A stretch of DNA of 64,000 bases from Cystobasidiomycetes sp. EMM_F5 (Eukaryota), in contig JBPGPT010000015.1 in the NCBI GenBank assembly GCA_051047955.1, positions 186,001 through 250,000 of the forward strand. Reading direction: 5' to 3'. The translations under genes and the position numbers were made by a program. Shown piece by piece: positions 37,442 through 49,367 of the stretch (its first letter is position 1; each line of letters starts with the position of its first letter). Under the pieces are notes generated by a model. It saw only the letters and a list, made by a program, of their open reading frames with translations. It had not been told where the DNA came from and made no database searches.

Positions 37442-39262
37442 TCAGAAGAGAAGATCGTCATTGGCCTTGTTATTGCCATTGGATGTCGAGCCCATCGTCC
37501 CCCACAGCTGACTGCTTCCCTTTTGCGCCGCAAGTGACGCCATGCTATTGGTACCAGCCGCCGCTACGCCAGCTGTCGATTTATTTGCCGATGAGGTCGT
37601 CTTTGCTCCACTCATAGCAAACAAGTCATCGAAGTCGAAAGCGCCAGATGATTTCGCTGCGCCTGCTAGTTTATTCGGTTGTGCAACTGCGACTGACGGA
37701 ATGACCGAAGAGGAGGAGAAGGAATGACCGCCCATGCCCGGTCGCATAGATTGCATATTCTGCTGGGATTGTGATTGGGATTTGGCTGGAGAGGCGAATA
37801 GTCCTACGCCGGAATAGTTGGGTCCAGCAGGCATGTTTTGTGAAGTGCGCATCTGTGGCTGTTGAGCTGGTCGAGCTGCACTGGCAGGCGAGAGCGGTGC
37901 GGAAGAGGAGCTGCCCATCATGTCGAAGAAGTTTGAACTGGCTGGTGCAGCTGGCCGCGCCGCAACAGGCGCAGGCGCAGGTGCAGGTGCAGGCGCAGCA
38001 GCTGCAGAAGGTCCGGCTGACTGAAAGTCGTCAAAGTCGTCTTCGCTCAACAGTCAGCATCTTATCGTCCTGCAGATGCGGAAGAACCACACTCACCATC
38101 AAAGCTGAGCTTGCGACTGCTCGCAGCGGCCGGTGCAGTAGGGGCGGCGACTGCAGGTGCAGGCTCATCATCAAAGTCAAATAGATTCATTTCCTGTACT
38201 TTGGCTGCCAGCTTGTCCTTCTTTACTGGTACTGGAGCAGCTTGAGGCGGTGGACTGCGCGCAGAAGAGGGCTGTGAGCTGCTTCCTCTTGTTTCGCGAT
38301 CTTCATCGTCTCCAGCATCGTACTCCTCGAATGATTCTCGTCGGTTACTGCTGCGTTCGTTTGACATGTAGGGAGATGTGCTTCCCATCGAAGGTGAAGC
38401 GTTGCCTGTGCGCGAATTACAAATAAGCAATGCAGGCGTGGGTACGAGCCGAACCCATCAGCTCACCATGATAAGAATCGCTACCAAATCCGCCATAGCG
38501 ACTTCCGGAGCTCGATTGGAACGACATTCCACCACCACCGCCCCCTCCTTCGACGCCAATGTACTTGCTGCGATTCGCTTTCGCCTTCTTTCGCTCTTGC
38601 CTCACGCGATCCAGGTCGGACAGCAGCTCTGCCAACTCCTTTGAGCGGTTCCGGACGTTGATGCCCTGATCTTTTCCCTTGTCGTCAATGTAGTGAAAGC
38701 TTCTGAGCATCTTTATCATCGACAGGTGCGAGCGAGCCTCGTCGATAACACGTTCCGAGCCATTCTTGACGAGGTACTCTAGCAGCTGAAGGGACTTGTA
38801 GATTTGCCTCCACTCGCGAGCTTCCTTTTCCGAGAAGCGCGAGAATATGCAATGCATAATCTCGTTGCAGTGCTGGTAGTTGAACGAGTCTTGGGCAATC
38901 TGCTGCATGAGGGTCGAGGACGCGCCCCAGCTGTCGTTGTTGGTAGCCTCCCTGACGCGCGTCTCGACCTCCGAGTAGTTGAGCACCATGCTCTTGGCCT
39001 GTCGCAGGAGTGCAATCATCAGCCCGTGTTGAATATCCCAACCCAGGCACGTTTGAATGTCCAGCTCCGCTTACCTTGTCGTAGGCAGACTTTACATCGT
39101 AGGCAGTGATCTGGGTTACATTGTACGCGTGGACGAGGGTGACGAACGGGGTGTAGAGGAGAATGGCCATGGCTTTGAGCGTCTGTACTGGACAACGGGG
39201 GGACCAGCTCAATTAAGACCCACCTCGGACAGCTTGTCGCCCAAGTCTGACAGATACTGCAT
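37442..39262 (-). CDS. ENT3: Epsin-related ENTH-domain protein (Ent3/EpsinR type)
   Basis: NYSEVETRVREATNNDSWGASSTLM, WRQIYKSLQLLEYLVKNGSE and GKDQGINVRNR, with a C-terminal disordered region containing DDFDDF, LFDFD and DDLLF. Confidence 0.88.
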
Positions 39263-39478
39263 TGTGCGAGCTGTATGTACGTCTGTCGCGTCGCTTTGTG
39301 CAATTAGCGTGTGCTGTGCTGCCGTCGAGCAGTAGGAACGGCCAGTCGTCGACTGTGAAAGCAGGGACAACGTTGGCACTCGGGCTGCGACTGACTTGAG
39401 CAATTTGCTAAGATACTCTGCAATCTGACACGCAATCACTACCTACACTGCACGTATTCATATACAATCCACCTCAAC

Positions 39479-40837
39479 ATGTCTGCCGCCGGCAAGGGCA
39501 AAGCTCCAGCGATAGTGGCAGATGCCGACGACGACTTGGACGATTTGGACGACGTATTGGAGTGAGTCGGGGCATAAGCAATCAGAGCAATGCTGAACGT
39601 CAACTCATAGCCAATTCAAAGCCGCTCCGATGCAAGGACACGCTTCATCCAATGCGACCACATCACAACAAGGGAGAGGCGGTAATAGTGACGGTGATGG
39701 AGTCGCAGACAACGACGATGACAATGACGACGACTTTGAAGCCATATTCGCAGCAGAACTGGCCAAAGAGATGGAAAAGATGATGTCGGGCCTGAAACCC
39801 AGCAATGACAATGTAGCCGGAAGTACCGGAAGTCAGTCTACAAAGGAAAAGGCGGCCAGCAGCAGTCCGACGCTGAACGACAATGAAAAGCAACTGCAAG
39901 AGGCGTTTGAAAAGATGCTCTCGAATATGGGAGCTGACGGAGAAGGCCTTCTTGGAGACGACCTGGATCTCGAGCAGCTAAGCAAGCTCATGAATGGTCT
40001 AGGTGCGGGTGCTGCTACTCCTCCAGGGACATCATCGGCGTCCTCCTCATCCAAGCCCACTGGCTCATCCATTCCAAACAAGAAACCACAATCCTTCCAA
40101 GACACGATAGCCGCTACAATGTCCAAACTAGCAGAGAGTGATGCGCAGAACAAAGCACGAGCGAGTGGTGCGTCTGGAAAAGGAAGCGAGCAGGATCAGC
40201 TGGCTGCTCTTATGGCACAGATGGAAGCACTGGGTGGTGCGGGACTAGGTGGAGAGGGTGGTGAAGACGGAGATCTGCCAGGCATGCTCGACGGTCTCAT
40301 GGATCAGCTCATGAGCAAAGAGCTCCTGTACGAGCCCATAAGCGAGCTGAGGACAAAGGTATGTCATGTCATCATTTTCGTCATCGCCTGTTCAGATCTG
40401 ACACAGTAATGCTAATCTTGTCATCCACAGTATCCGGAATATCTAGCATCATCAGAAGCCGCCTCACTCTCAGCCGACGAGAAGAGTCGATACGAACGAC
40501 AAGGTGCAATCGTCCGCAAAATTGCTACCATCTTTGAAGATCCGAAATATTCAGACGATAACAAGGAGATGCGAGCCAACGTTGCTGAACTTATGCAGCA
40601 GGTGCGTGCAGCAACTTACGAAGACCGGTCAGAAACGCTTACAGCCGCTTGACAATCTCGACTTTTACAGATGCAAGATTGTGGTGCGCCGCCGAAACAT
40701 TTATTAGGGGAACTAGGGCCTGGTGAGTTGTGTCGTACAAGCCAAGTATATAGTAGACTAATCCTATCGCTCTAGCTATGGGATTGAATGCGGATGGAAC
40801 ACCAAACCTAGATCCCGAAAATTGTACGATATCGTGA
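39479..40837 (+). CDS. PEX19: Peroxisomal membrane protein chaperone Pex19
   Basis: N-terminal DDLDDLDDVL, C-terminal MMDQLMSKELLYEPISEL-like segment (LMDQLMSKELLYEP), MQDCGAPP and the CaaX end CTIS*. Confidence 0.93.
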
Positions 40838-40979
40838 TTGGAAATGATGCTTAAGTTTCCCGTGTTTCATATTGCAACCCTTCCACCATTGCAGACTGCT
40901 CCGGCCCTATTCTTCGTACGTTTCGCATCCTTCTTCTTCGTCGTGTTCATCGTCCTCGAAATTAGGGTCGTATGGTTCC

Positions 40980-42271
40980 TCACTTTTCCGGTTCCTCACT
41001 TTCCACACTCTCGTAATCATTGTGGGATTCTTCACTTTCTTCCTCACTCTCGTCATCGTCGTCTGGAAAGCCAGATATCTGAATGTCTCTTGTTTCGCAC
41101 AAACGGTAGATCGTCGAACGTTGTGCCCTGGAGTAGCTAGACACAACATCTTCGTGTATTACTAGAAACATCAGTTCCGGCAGCCAATCAGGGTTTCTTA
41201 GAGCCGTCGTGAGTTCCGTAAAGTCCTGTACGTCCCCGAATTCAAGAGAGAAAACTGTTGGCCAGCCAATGAAGGTTTGTATCTCGGGCAAAGCCGTGTT
41301 CAGTGTCAAAAATTCCAGGCAAGGTAGATTTTGCATCAAACGCGCGCTATCGTGGGCCGACCAAGACAATCCCCGGTCCGTCCATTCTATCTCGAGAGTC
41401 TCTACAGCTCCAGCGGTCGCTGCAGTTATTGCCAATATTTCCTGAGTAGACTCTCCGCAAATGTTGAGATGTGTCAATTTTGGCGCAGTTGCCACGATCC
41501 AACAAACAACGTAAGGTACTTTATCGGAAATCTCGCGGCAGTAAGTCGAAGTTGTGACATGTGTTAGATGCGGGAAGACAACGGCATCCGAGATTGCGTC
41601 GTCGGTGTATGCGCAGTGAGGATTTGTGAACTCCAGGCTCTTCAGAGTTTGACTACAGGAAAGAAGGAGATCTATGAATATACGTTTCGTTTTGTCGAAA
41701 TTGACGCCACTGCCTTCTGCGAACAAGCTGAGGTCAAGGGACTGTATCCTACTGCAATCGATCCATTGAAAGGAGTTTTGAACCGGTAGCTGATCACGAA
41801 TTACCAGTTTCAACGTCGAAGGGCATATTCCGGGCACTGGTCGTGTGCCGCAACGCTGAAGCGTAGCTTGTAAAACTTCAGACTGATCACTGTTCCAAGA
41901 CCAGCGGAGGGTAGACGCTGTGAGTAGTCGGCAGAGTCTGTGCGTTCCTTCGTCTGCATTTATCAAAGAAAACAACCGAGCTGCTTCGGTGGGTGTCTGC
42001 CGTTTCCGTCGGATGATAGCCAGAGTGACAGCTTCGCAGATGAGTCTAGAAGTGAGAGCATAGGCTAGATGAAGCAGTTAGATTTTGCTACCGCAACTGC
42101 GATGTGAGTGCACGCACCAAGGCGTCTCCTGCCAGGTCTTTTGCGACGGCTCCTGGGAATTTTTGCAGTACTAGTGTATTCGTGTTCGAAAATGCTGACC
42201 CATACATCGAGGGGGATTCTGTTGACTGCACCGGCAGCCGTCGCTGAAACTGACCTTACAAGACCAGACAT
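40980..42271 (-). CDS. F-box-like / LRR(RNI)-like protein, paralog A (1 intron, acidic tail)
   Basis: N-terminal RIPLDVWVSIFEH...YALTSRLIC is F-box-like. LRR-like segments (TLKSLEF, FPHLTHV, APKLTHLNI, LPCLEFLTL, WLPELMFLVI). Clearly homologous to 43632-45170. Confidence 0.65.
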
Positions 42272-42554
42272 TCGTCACTTCGCTTGCTGTAGATTATGAG
42301 CCAAATGTGGGTAGGTCACCCCGAGTTTTCGATTTGAGCCTACTGCCAACGTCTCCCGAAGCAGTTTGACGTCTTTCGACAGCTCCGTCTGAAGGTCAAT
42401 GGCATTGCGGAACAGACCCAGGCCATCCAGGCATTACGTGTCATATTGCTACTTTCTTTCCTTGGATATTTTGAGTCAGAATCATGGATTCGCTGCCCAA
42501 CTGGCGCCAGCTGAGACCAAAAGTAGACAGGTTTGCTTGAGAGAAAGGTAAAGG

Positions 42555-42815
42555 TGCAGAAATTGCATAAGATTAGATTGTGATTGTAATTTGCTATGCT
42601 ACTGCTCATATTGGTATTGCAGCTGTGAAGAGCCACACTGTAATCTATCTCCACAATTTATCTGCACGCGCACACGCGGTCATGCACTTGCAAGCTTATA
42701 AGACTTTTACTCTTCTCCGACAAGCCTGCATATAGTCTGCTCGTACCACGCGCTCAAGCATAACAGGTCACTTGCCAGCCCTAAATTTTACAACAAGCAC
42801 ATCGTCACTAGGTGA
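42555..42815 (+). repeat. Degenerate direct copy of the aminopeptidase upstream/leader region (about 45500-45775)
   Basis: ctcaagcataacaggtcacttgccagccc...cacatcgtcactag matches ctcaaacatacaaggtcacttgccagccc...cacatcgtcactag. Weaker upstream matches include ttgcag, taatctat and cacgcggtc. The offset is about 2.96 kb. Confidence 0.7.
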
Positions 42816-42998
42816 TACCCAGATCCCAGTATCCTGGCTTGCCTGATGTCTCCGCCAGTTTTAGATGAGGCAGCGCTCCCACGACTCTCATCTTTCTTCG
42901 CGCTACACTGACGTTTTGCCCTCATCGCCTTCGACTTTCGTGGTCACGCGGGACTTCATGGGCCATTGGGTCGTAACGGACTTCATTCACAAGGCCCA

Positions 42999-43620
42999 CT
43001 ATTGACTTCTTCTTGCATAAGCGCCGTCATTGTGCTGCTCGGCGACAGAATACTGACTACTGGAGCATAGTGTCAGGCGGCACAAGTTGACGATCCAGGT
43101 TGTGGAAGATAGCGCCCTCTCTAGATCCAAGTACAATGGCAAAAAGTCAGATTGACCTGAGAGGATTGACATTGCTGTCAAGCCTTGCTTCGCTCGGGGA
43201 AAGCGGGTTTCATGAATCTCAACACTGCCGGCTAGGAGTGGATATCACCAGCCTGGTCCATGTAGTCGTTGAACACGCCGAAATGCAGCTGGCGCAGGAA
43301 GTGCCAGTCGCACATTGCGACTAGATCGACGCGGTGATTTACGAGTATCAGGTGTCTGAGGCATGGTAGCAGTCGTACCAGTAGCTCGACATTTGTGCTT
43401 GACCAAGACCAGGGCGTTGCTCTGTCATAGGCGATTAGAGTGAGGGTGATCGGACAACTGGCCATACCGCAAGCATGGTCAGAACTGACTGGGGATCTGA
43501 TGCTGCGATCAACAAGCGGTCCAAGCGCGGCGCATTGGCAAGAATACTCAGGGTCCATGTGTTCTGCAGACAGCTCAGGCTTTCGTGTGAAACGGCATAC
43601 ATACTGGGATTGGCAGTGAA
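42999..43620 (-). pseudogene. Frameshifted 3' remnant of a third F-box/LRR paralog
   Basis: Three ORF fragments separated by frameshifts/stops carry successive homologous blocks: SILANAPRLDRLLIAASDP (cf. SILSHAPRLDDLAITSSNP), WSWSSTNVELLVRLLPCLRHLIL...WHFLRQLHFG (cf. LSWSAHDSARLMQNLPCLEFLTL...WPTVFSLEFG) and LDLERALSSTTWIVNLCRLTL...YSVAE (cf. SDLVNALETGEWLPSLKTLSI...YSESE). Confidence 0.8.
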
Positions 43621-43631
43621 CGTTTCTCGTC

Positions 43632-45170
43632 TCACGCAGCACTCCCTCCCTCTGTATGAGCTTCGCCATCCTCGTCCGCGTCGTTCTCGCTGCCGGCGCC
43701 TTCACTGCTGCCACTGCCAGCCTCCTCATTTTGATGAGCGTCATCATTCGAGTTGACTGAGGAGTGGGGTTTGCTTCCAAAATCTTCTTCGTTGTCGTGA
43801 CTATCATCGCTGTCCAAAATTTGGTTGCGAAAGTTGCTCCAGATCTTTCTCCCCGTACATAAGCGTGCCAAGATCTTCCTCTCGCTCTCGGAATATCGGT
43901 ATTCAGCACGTATGGAAAGCGTCTTCAAGCTAGGCAACCATTCTCCGGTTTCCAGAGCATTCACCAGATCTGAGAACGGCGGAGCGGTCCCGCCAGAGTA
44001 GCACAATGCTTGTACCGAGTCCCATTTACCGAGCGCTCGTACACTGAGAACGTGATTGCAGAAATTTACGTCTTCGAGACCCATTGGTTGCTGAAAAAGC
44101 TCGGCGATGTCGGCATCTGGCCATAAGCAGGGCAAGACCGAAAGATTGTTGAGCAGAAGCTTTCTGGGACAGTCTACTGCACAAGCGGTGAGCAGAGTTC
44201 GTATTCTGTCCGGGTTCGACGAGGTGATAGCCAAGTCATCGAGGCGAGGTGCGTGAGAGAGGATAGACTGTACGAAAGCATGCTTGATAGGGTAGGGTCT
44301 GCTGTCGTCTTGCTCCCGAGAATCAAAGTGAAGAGAGACGTCGGTTAGAGACGGGAAAGATACCGCTCCGAGGTTATCTTTGCTAGGCCAATCGCAAGCT
44401 GAGCAGTCCAGAGATAGCCATTGTAAGGTGGCGGCACAAGACAAGATGAATGTCCCAATATCCGATGGGTCTATTCTAGGATATGGCTGGTCTGCAGTCT
44501 GAGTTGCGTCGTATACTACTTCGATTCTTGTCAGATGGTCCGTGGCTATCCATTGAAACGGATTTGAAATAAACTCTTGATGACAGACTGCATTTTGCAG
44601 ATTTTCCTGGTACCGTGCCAGCTCAGCGCTATACGACGCTATTGCGGCGTCTGGAGTCGAATCTGGGCTCGTGTCCGCATCCGAATCCAGATCCGAGCTC
44701 GAGTCGACATCCGATTCCGGATCTGTCTCAACGATGATGGAGATCTGGCGAGGACGCACCCCTGGCATGCGGCTTTGCTGGTACCGATTGATGATGGACA
44801 GTAAAGAGGGTGTATACGCATTTGAGAACGTCATTAGCAGCTTATCTGCAGTGAGTAGCCAACAGAGCCTCTCCGTAGCGTTGTGTTCGTGTAACAACCA
44901 CGCAAGCTTTGCACTCTCGGTAGCGCTGGACCGACTCAAGCCTGTCAGCACGATAGTGACCGCTCGACATACTCTTCTCGATATCAGAGAGTAATCTGCC
45001 ACGAATAGCGTTCAGTGCTCGGCAAGCTCGACTCTGGCAAAAGCGGACATACCCAGACGTTCTCTAGAGACATTCGGGGTGTTTTCAATGATTCTGACCC
45101 AGATTTCCTCCGGGGCCACATCCGCTGCGCTGCCACTTGAGTTGCAGTATCGATGCGCGAGGTTGTGCAT
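43632..45170 (-). CDS. F-box-like / LRR(RNI)-like protein, paralog B (1 intron, acidic tail)
   Basis: First exon MHNLAHR...APEEIWVRIIEN...RERL is spliced to DYSLISRRVCRAVT, with the intron at the same position as in paralog A. TERLCWLLTA, FQWI, LSCAATL, FPSLTDV, WLPSL and RLCTGRKI all match paralog A. Confidence 0.65.
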
Positions 45171-45679
45171 AACGAATACTACTACCGTGTCGGGGGCGCG
45201 GGAGACTACTGAGGACTGGCGGTCAGGGATGTGAGATGTGTTTCATACAGAGGAATCCGGTGCACGCGGAGTCTGCGGGTAAAACGTCGCGCGTACAGTA
45301 AGCATGTTAGTCACGGCGCACCGAGGAAGCTAAGGAGCTTCAGCGTCAGTCAAGTCTACTTCGGAACATTTGCATACTGCATTCACGTCGTTTGTGATGC
45401 ATTCGCGTCAGCCGTCGTAACGTATTCGCAGCATTCGAGCAATTTAGCTGCAGCTTCCATGCCAGCGGGACCGGCTATTGCATCTGCAGACTTTCGGGTT
45501 GGCAGATTGCGCATCAGGATCAATTGCAGCGTTGATGTATTGATGTCTGTGTTGACTCTGTTGTTGCAGATGGGCGGATCATGTAACAATCTAATCTATT
45601 TCCAAGCTCCATAGGCTCGCACGCGGTCGTGCAGACGTTCAGATCCGCTGCAACAAGTCTGCTTCTGTAACACTGCTGA

Positions 45680-48600
45680 ATGCGACACTGTGCACTGACA
45701 ACTGCACGTCTACTCAAACATACAAGGTCACTTGCCAGCCCGAAGTCAATCATCAACCACATCGTCACTAGATCATCGATATCGGCAGGATATACCCGCA
45801 ACCACGCCAGTTCAGCTGCAACCTCAGTCTCAGCACTCGGATCGCACTCGCATTCACACAGTCCGCTCTCCGCTCCGCATACAGACTGCGCAGTCTGCTC
45901 GTACCGCAGAGCCGTCATCCGATATTTTAGCGGTCCGGCAACAACCCAAGATCTCAGGTCGACTATAGACAACATGAGTTCAGCAGCGGACACCTCTCTC
46001 CCAGAGAGCTCGTTTAGACTTGCTAGGGACCTCGTGTACGTGTATGCCAACTGTTCGCTCGCAGTCGAGTGGACTGACCTCGGCACACACAATGCATATG
46101 CAGCCCGACCCACTACAAACTCGCCATCAAGAGCGACCTCAAGAAGCTCGCTTTTAGTGGAAAAGTAGAGATAGAGTACGCTCGTGGTACAAATTGTTTG
46201 CATTGCTGCATGCTGAACATTCTCTTTGATAGCATCGACGTCCAAAACACGCCTGGAAATACCTCCAGCATCACGCTCCATGCTGGTCCGCAACTCAAGG
46301 TGCATTCGGCTGTGCTGTCCTCTGCGTCGCTCAAGACCACCTCCTCCATCCTCGCTTCGGATATTGCGCAAGATACCAAGCTGGAGCGAGTCACCGTCAA
46401 GTTCCCATCGGATGTGGTTGCTCTTGCTGCAGGACAAAAGCTACGACTTGGCCTGCGCTTCGAAGCAGAAATCGACGGCAGCATGATGGGTTACTACAAG
46501 TCGTCCTACGAGAATGCGAACGGAGAAAAGGCATACTATGCCTTGACTCAATTCGAGCCGACCGCAGCACGTCGTGCATTCCCATGCTTTGATGAGCCAG
46601 ACTTTAAGGCAACATTTAGCGTCACTCTTGTGTCCCGCAAGAATCTGACTGTATTAGGCAACATGCCAGTTGAGCATACTCAACCCGATATTGGCGAAAT
46701 CAGCCTGTTTGAGGAGGAAATCACCGCTGCCTACGAGGACTCGCACTCGAAAACTCATCACAAGCATGTCGACGTCGGTAAAGCAGATGTTGATTCGGAG
46801 AATGTGCCAGAAGGAGATGGTTGGGCAGCTACTACATTCGCAACGACTCCCAAGGTCTCGACGTACCTGGTTGCATGGGCAAACGGCGATTTCAGACACT
46901 TGGAATCCTCTTACACATCCCCTCTGACTGGCCGCAAAGTACCCCTTCGCGTCTACGCGACACAGGAACACATCCATCAAGCTCAGCTGGCCTTGGACGT
47001 CAAGGCCAAGGTATTGCCAGTATACGAAAAGATTTTTGATATCGAGTATCCTCTTCCGAAGCTTGATACTCTGGTAGCTTCCGACTTTGATGCAGGCGCA
47101 ATGGAAAATTGGGGTCTTATTGTGAGCCGAAAATATGGGAGATCTCGAATAGTTTGCTGATATGATGATGCATATACAGACTGGTCGCACTATCGTGTAC
47201 CTATATGACGAAAAGAACGGAAGTATTGATGCTCAAAAATTGGTTGCTTCCGTTCAATCACATGGTACGCTTTAACATGGTCATGGCGTCTTGTGATTCG
47301 CCGACTGACACCATGTCTGATAACAGAGGTGGCTCATCAGTGGTTCGGCAACGTTGTCACCATGCGATGGTGGGACAACCTCTGGTCTGTCAGCTTTCCG
47401 AAAATATACAACATCAGCTGACATTGTAAGATTCAGGCTCAACGAGGCATTTGCAACGCTCATGGGAGAGGTTATCTCCATTGCTGCCGTGTGGCCAGAA
47501 TGGAACCCGCACTCGAGCTTCTTGAATGCGCATTTAAGGCGTGCGCTCGATCTGGATTCGCTCCGATCATCCCATCCAGTCGAGATGCCTTGTCCGGACC
47601 CTGAGATGATCAACCAGATCTTTGACGCAATCAGTGTACGTAAATCATCGATAAACGGCCGTAGGCCAGGCTAACGCCGATGTTCCTTCCAGTACTCGAA
47701 AGGTGCCTCCGTTCTACGCATGTTGTCGAACATGATTGGCGAAGAGACCTTTTTGAAAGGTGTATCGATTTATCTCAAGAACCATCTATATGGCAACTCG
47801 CGTACTGCAGATCTGTGGAAGGGTATCTCACAATCATCCGGACTCGATGTCGCAAAGATCATGGCGAATTGGACGTTGAAGGTCGGCTTCCCAGTCATTT
47901 CCGTCGAAGAGACGAAGGAAGGTCTCAAGATCAAGCAAAATCGTTTCCTTAGTAGGTCGAAAGATCGATAGTGATTAGTATCGTAGACTGATGAGAGCCC
48001 CCGATCCCTACAGGCACCGGTGATCCTAAGCCAGAAGAAGACGAGACGCTTTGGTATGTCCCGCTAGAATTGAAGACCGTAGACAAGTCTGGCAAGGTCA
48101 GTACCGACCACAAAGCCATTCTAGAGGGACGCGACACCCTTTTATCGCTCGAGGACGCCGCCAACACGACCTTCAAGCTGAATGGAGAAAGTGCCGGTGT
48201 CTGTGAGTATTTTGTCGTAACGTGGCACGTTGCTGGTCTGACACCAGTGCAGATCGAGTACTCTACTCGCCGGAGCGACTGTCCAAGCTCGGAGACGAGG
48301 CAGGCAAAGGTAGTAATGGTGCTTTTTCGCTCAACGACCGCATTGGTCTCGTTCAGGACGCATGTGTCCTTGCCAAGTCTGGATACGGCAAGACATCCGC
48401 TGCGTTGAATCTGATTTCCAAGCTGAAGAACGAGACTGAGAATCTGGTGTGGAAGGAGGTATCAGCCGGCCTGTCCGACATCTCCGATGTTTGGTGGGAA
48501 CAGCCGGAGTCAGTCCGAACAGCTCTTGACAAGCTCACCCGGGACACTTTCAAGCCTCTGGTCGAGAAGCTTGGCTGGGAAATCGGCGAGCACGATTCCA

Positions 48601-49367
48601 GTGACACGCGGGAACTCCGTGCTCTGGCAATTGCTGTCGTAGCAAAATCTGGCGACGAGGCTGCGCTGGCTGAAGTCAGACGTCGCTTTAATCTGTATAC
48701 TGAGCAGGGCGATTCGTCAGCAATTCCAGGCGACTTTCTCGATTCTATTCTGGCCAACACTGTAAGATATGGCGGAGAAGCAGAATACGAGAAGGTGCTC
48801 GCCATTTACCGCAAACCACCGACTCCTCAGCACAAATCCGGCTGCATGCGTGCGCTATGCGCGACGCGCGACGAGAAGCTCATTGATCGCACGATTGCAT
48901 TCTTGAATTCTGATGAAGTCAAGACGCAAGATATCATGTACTTCTATGGCAGTTTGGCGGCAAATCGGTTGTCTAGGCGCAAGATCTGGGCCGAATTGCA
49001 ACATAACCTTCCAGCCATGGTCGAACGCTTCAAGGGCAATTTCTCGCTCGGCAGAATTGTACAGTATTCCTTCGACAAGCTGACAACTGAAGAAGACGAA
49101 AAGGCAGTCATGAACTTCTACAAAGACAAGGAGTAGGTGGCTTGTAACGCTCGCATAACAAAATATGTCTAACGCGGGATGTCGTTATTCTACAGCACGA
49201 AAGACTACAAACAAGCGCTACAGCAAGCTCTCGATGCCGTCAGGGCAAAGACCGCCTGGCTCAAGCGCGATGCCGATGATGTGGCAGACTGGCTTAAGAG
49301 TCATGGTAAGCGGCGTGGTACTCCAGGCGGTTGATGTCATGCTAAGGAGGTAGTCTCAGGCTACTAA
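45680..49367 (+). CDS. M1 family (puromycin-sensitive/Ape2-like) aminopeptidase with a second in-frame ATG at 45974
   Basis: PTHYKLAI, GYYKSSY, TQFEPTAARRAFPCFDEP, GAMENWGL, spliced HEVAHQWFGN, WLNEAFAT, YSKGASVLRML and an ERAP1-like C-terminus. The final tiny exon gives GY*. Confidence 0.95.

Noticed and set aside
37960..38000. (gcaggy)n hexamer repeat
   Set aside because: It simply encodes the Ala-Pro tract of epsin.
18218..40837. PEX5 and PEX19 in the same window as a peroxisome cluster
   Set aside because: They are about 19 kb apart with many unrelated genes between, which is consistent with chance.
45520..46437. 305-aa minus-strand ORF
   Set aside because: It is an antisense shadow of the aminopeptidase 5' exons with no recognisable domain.
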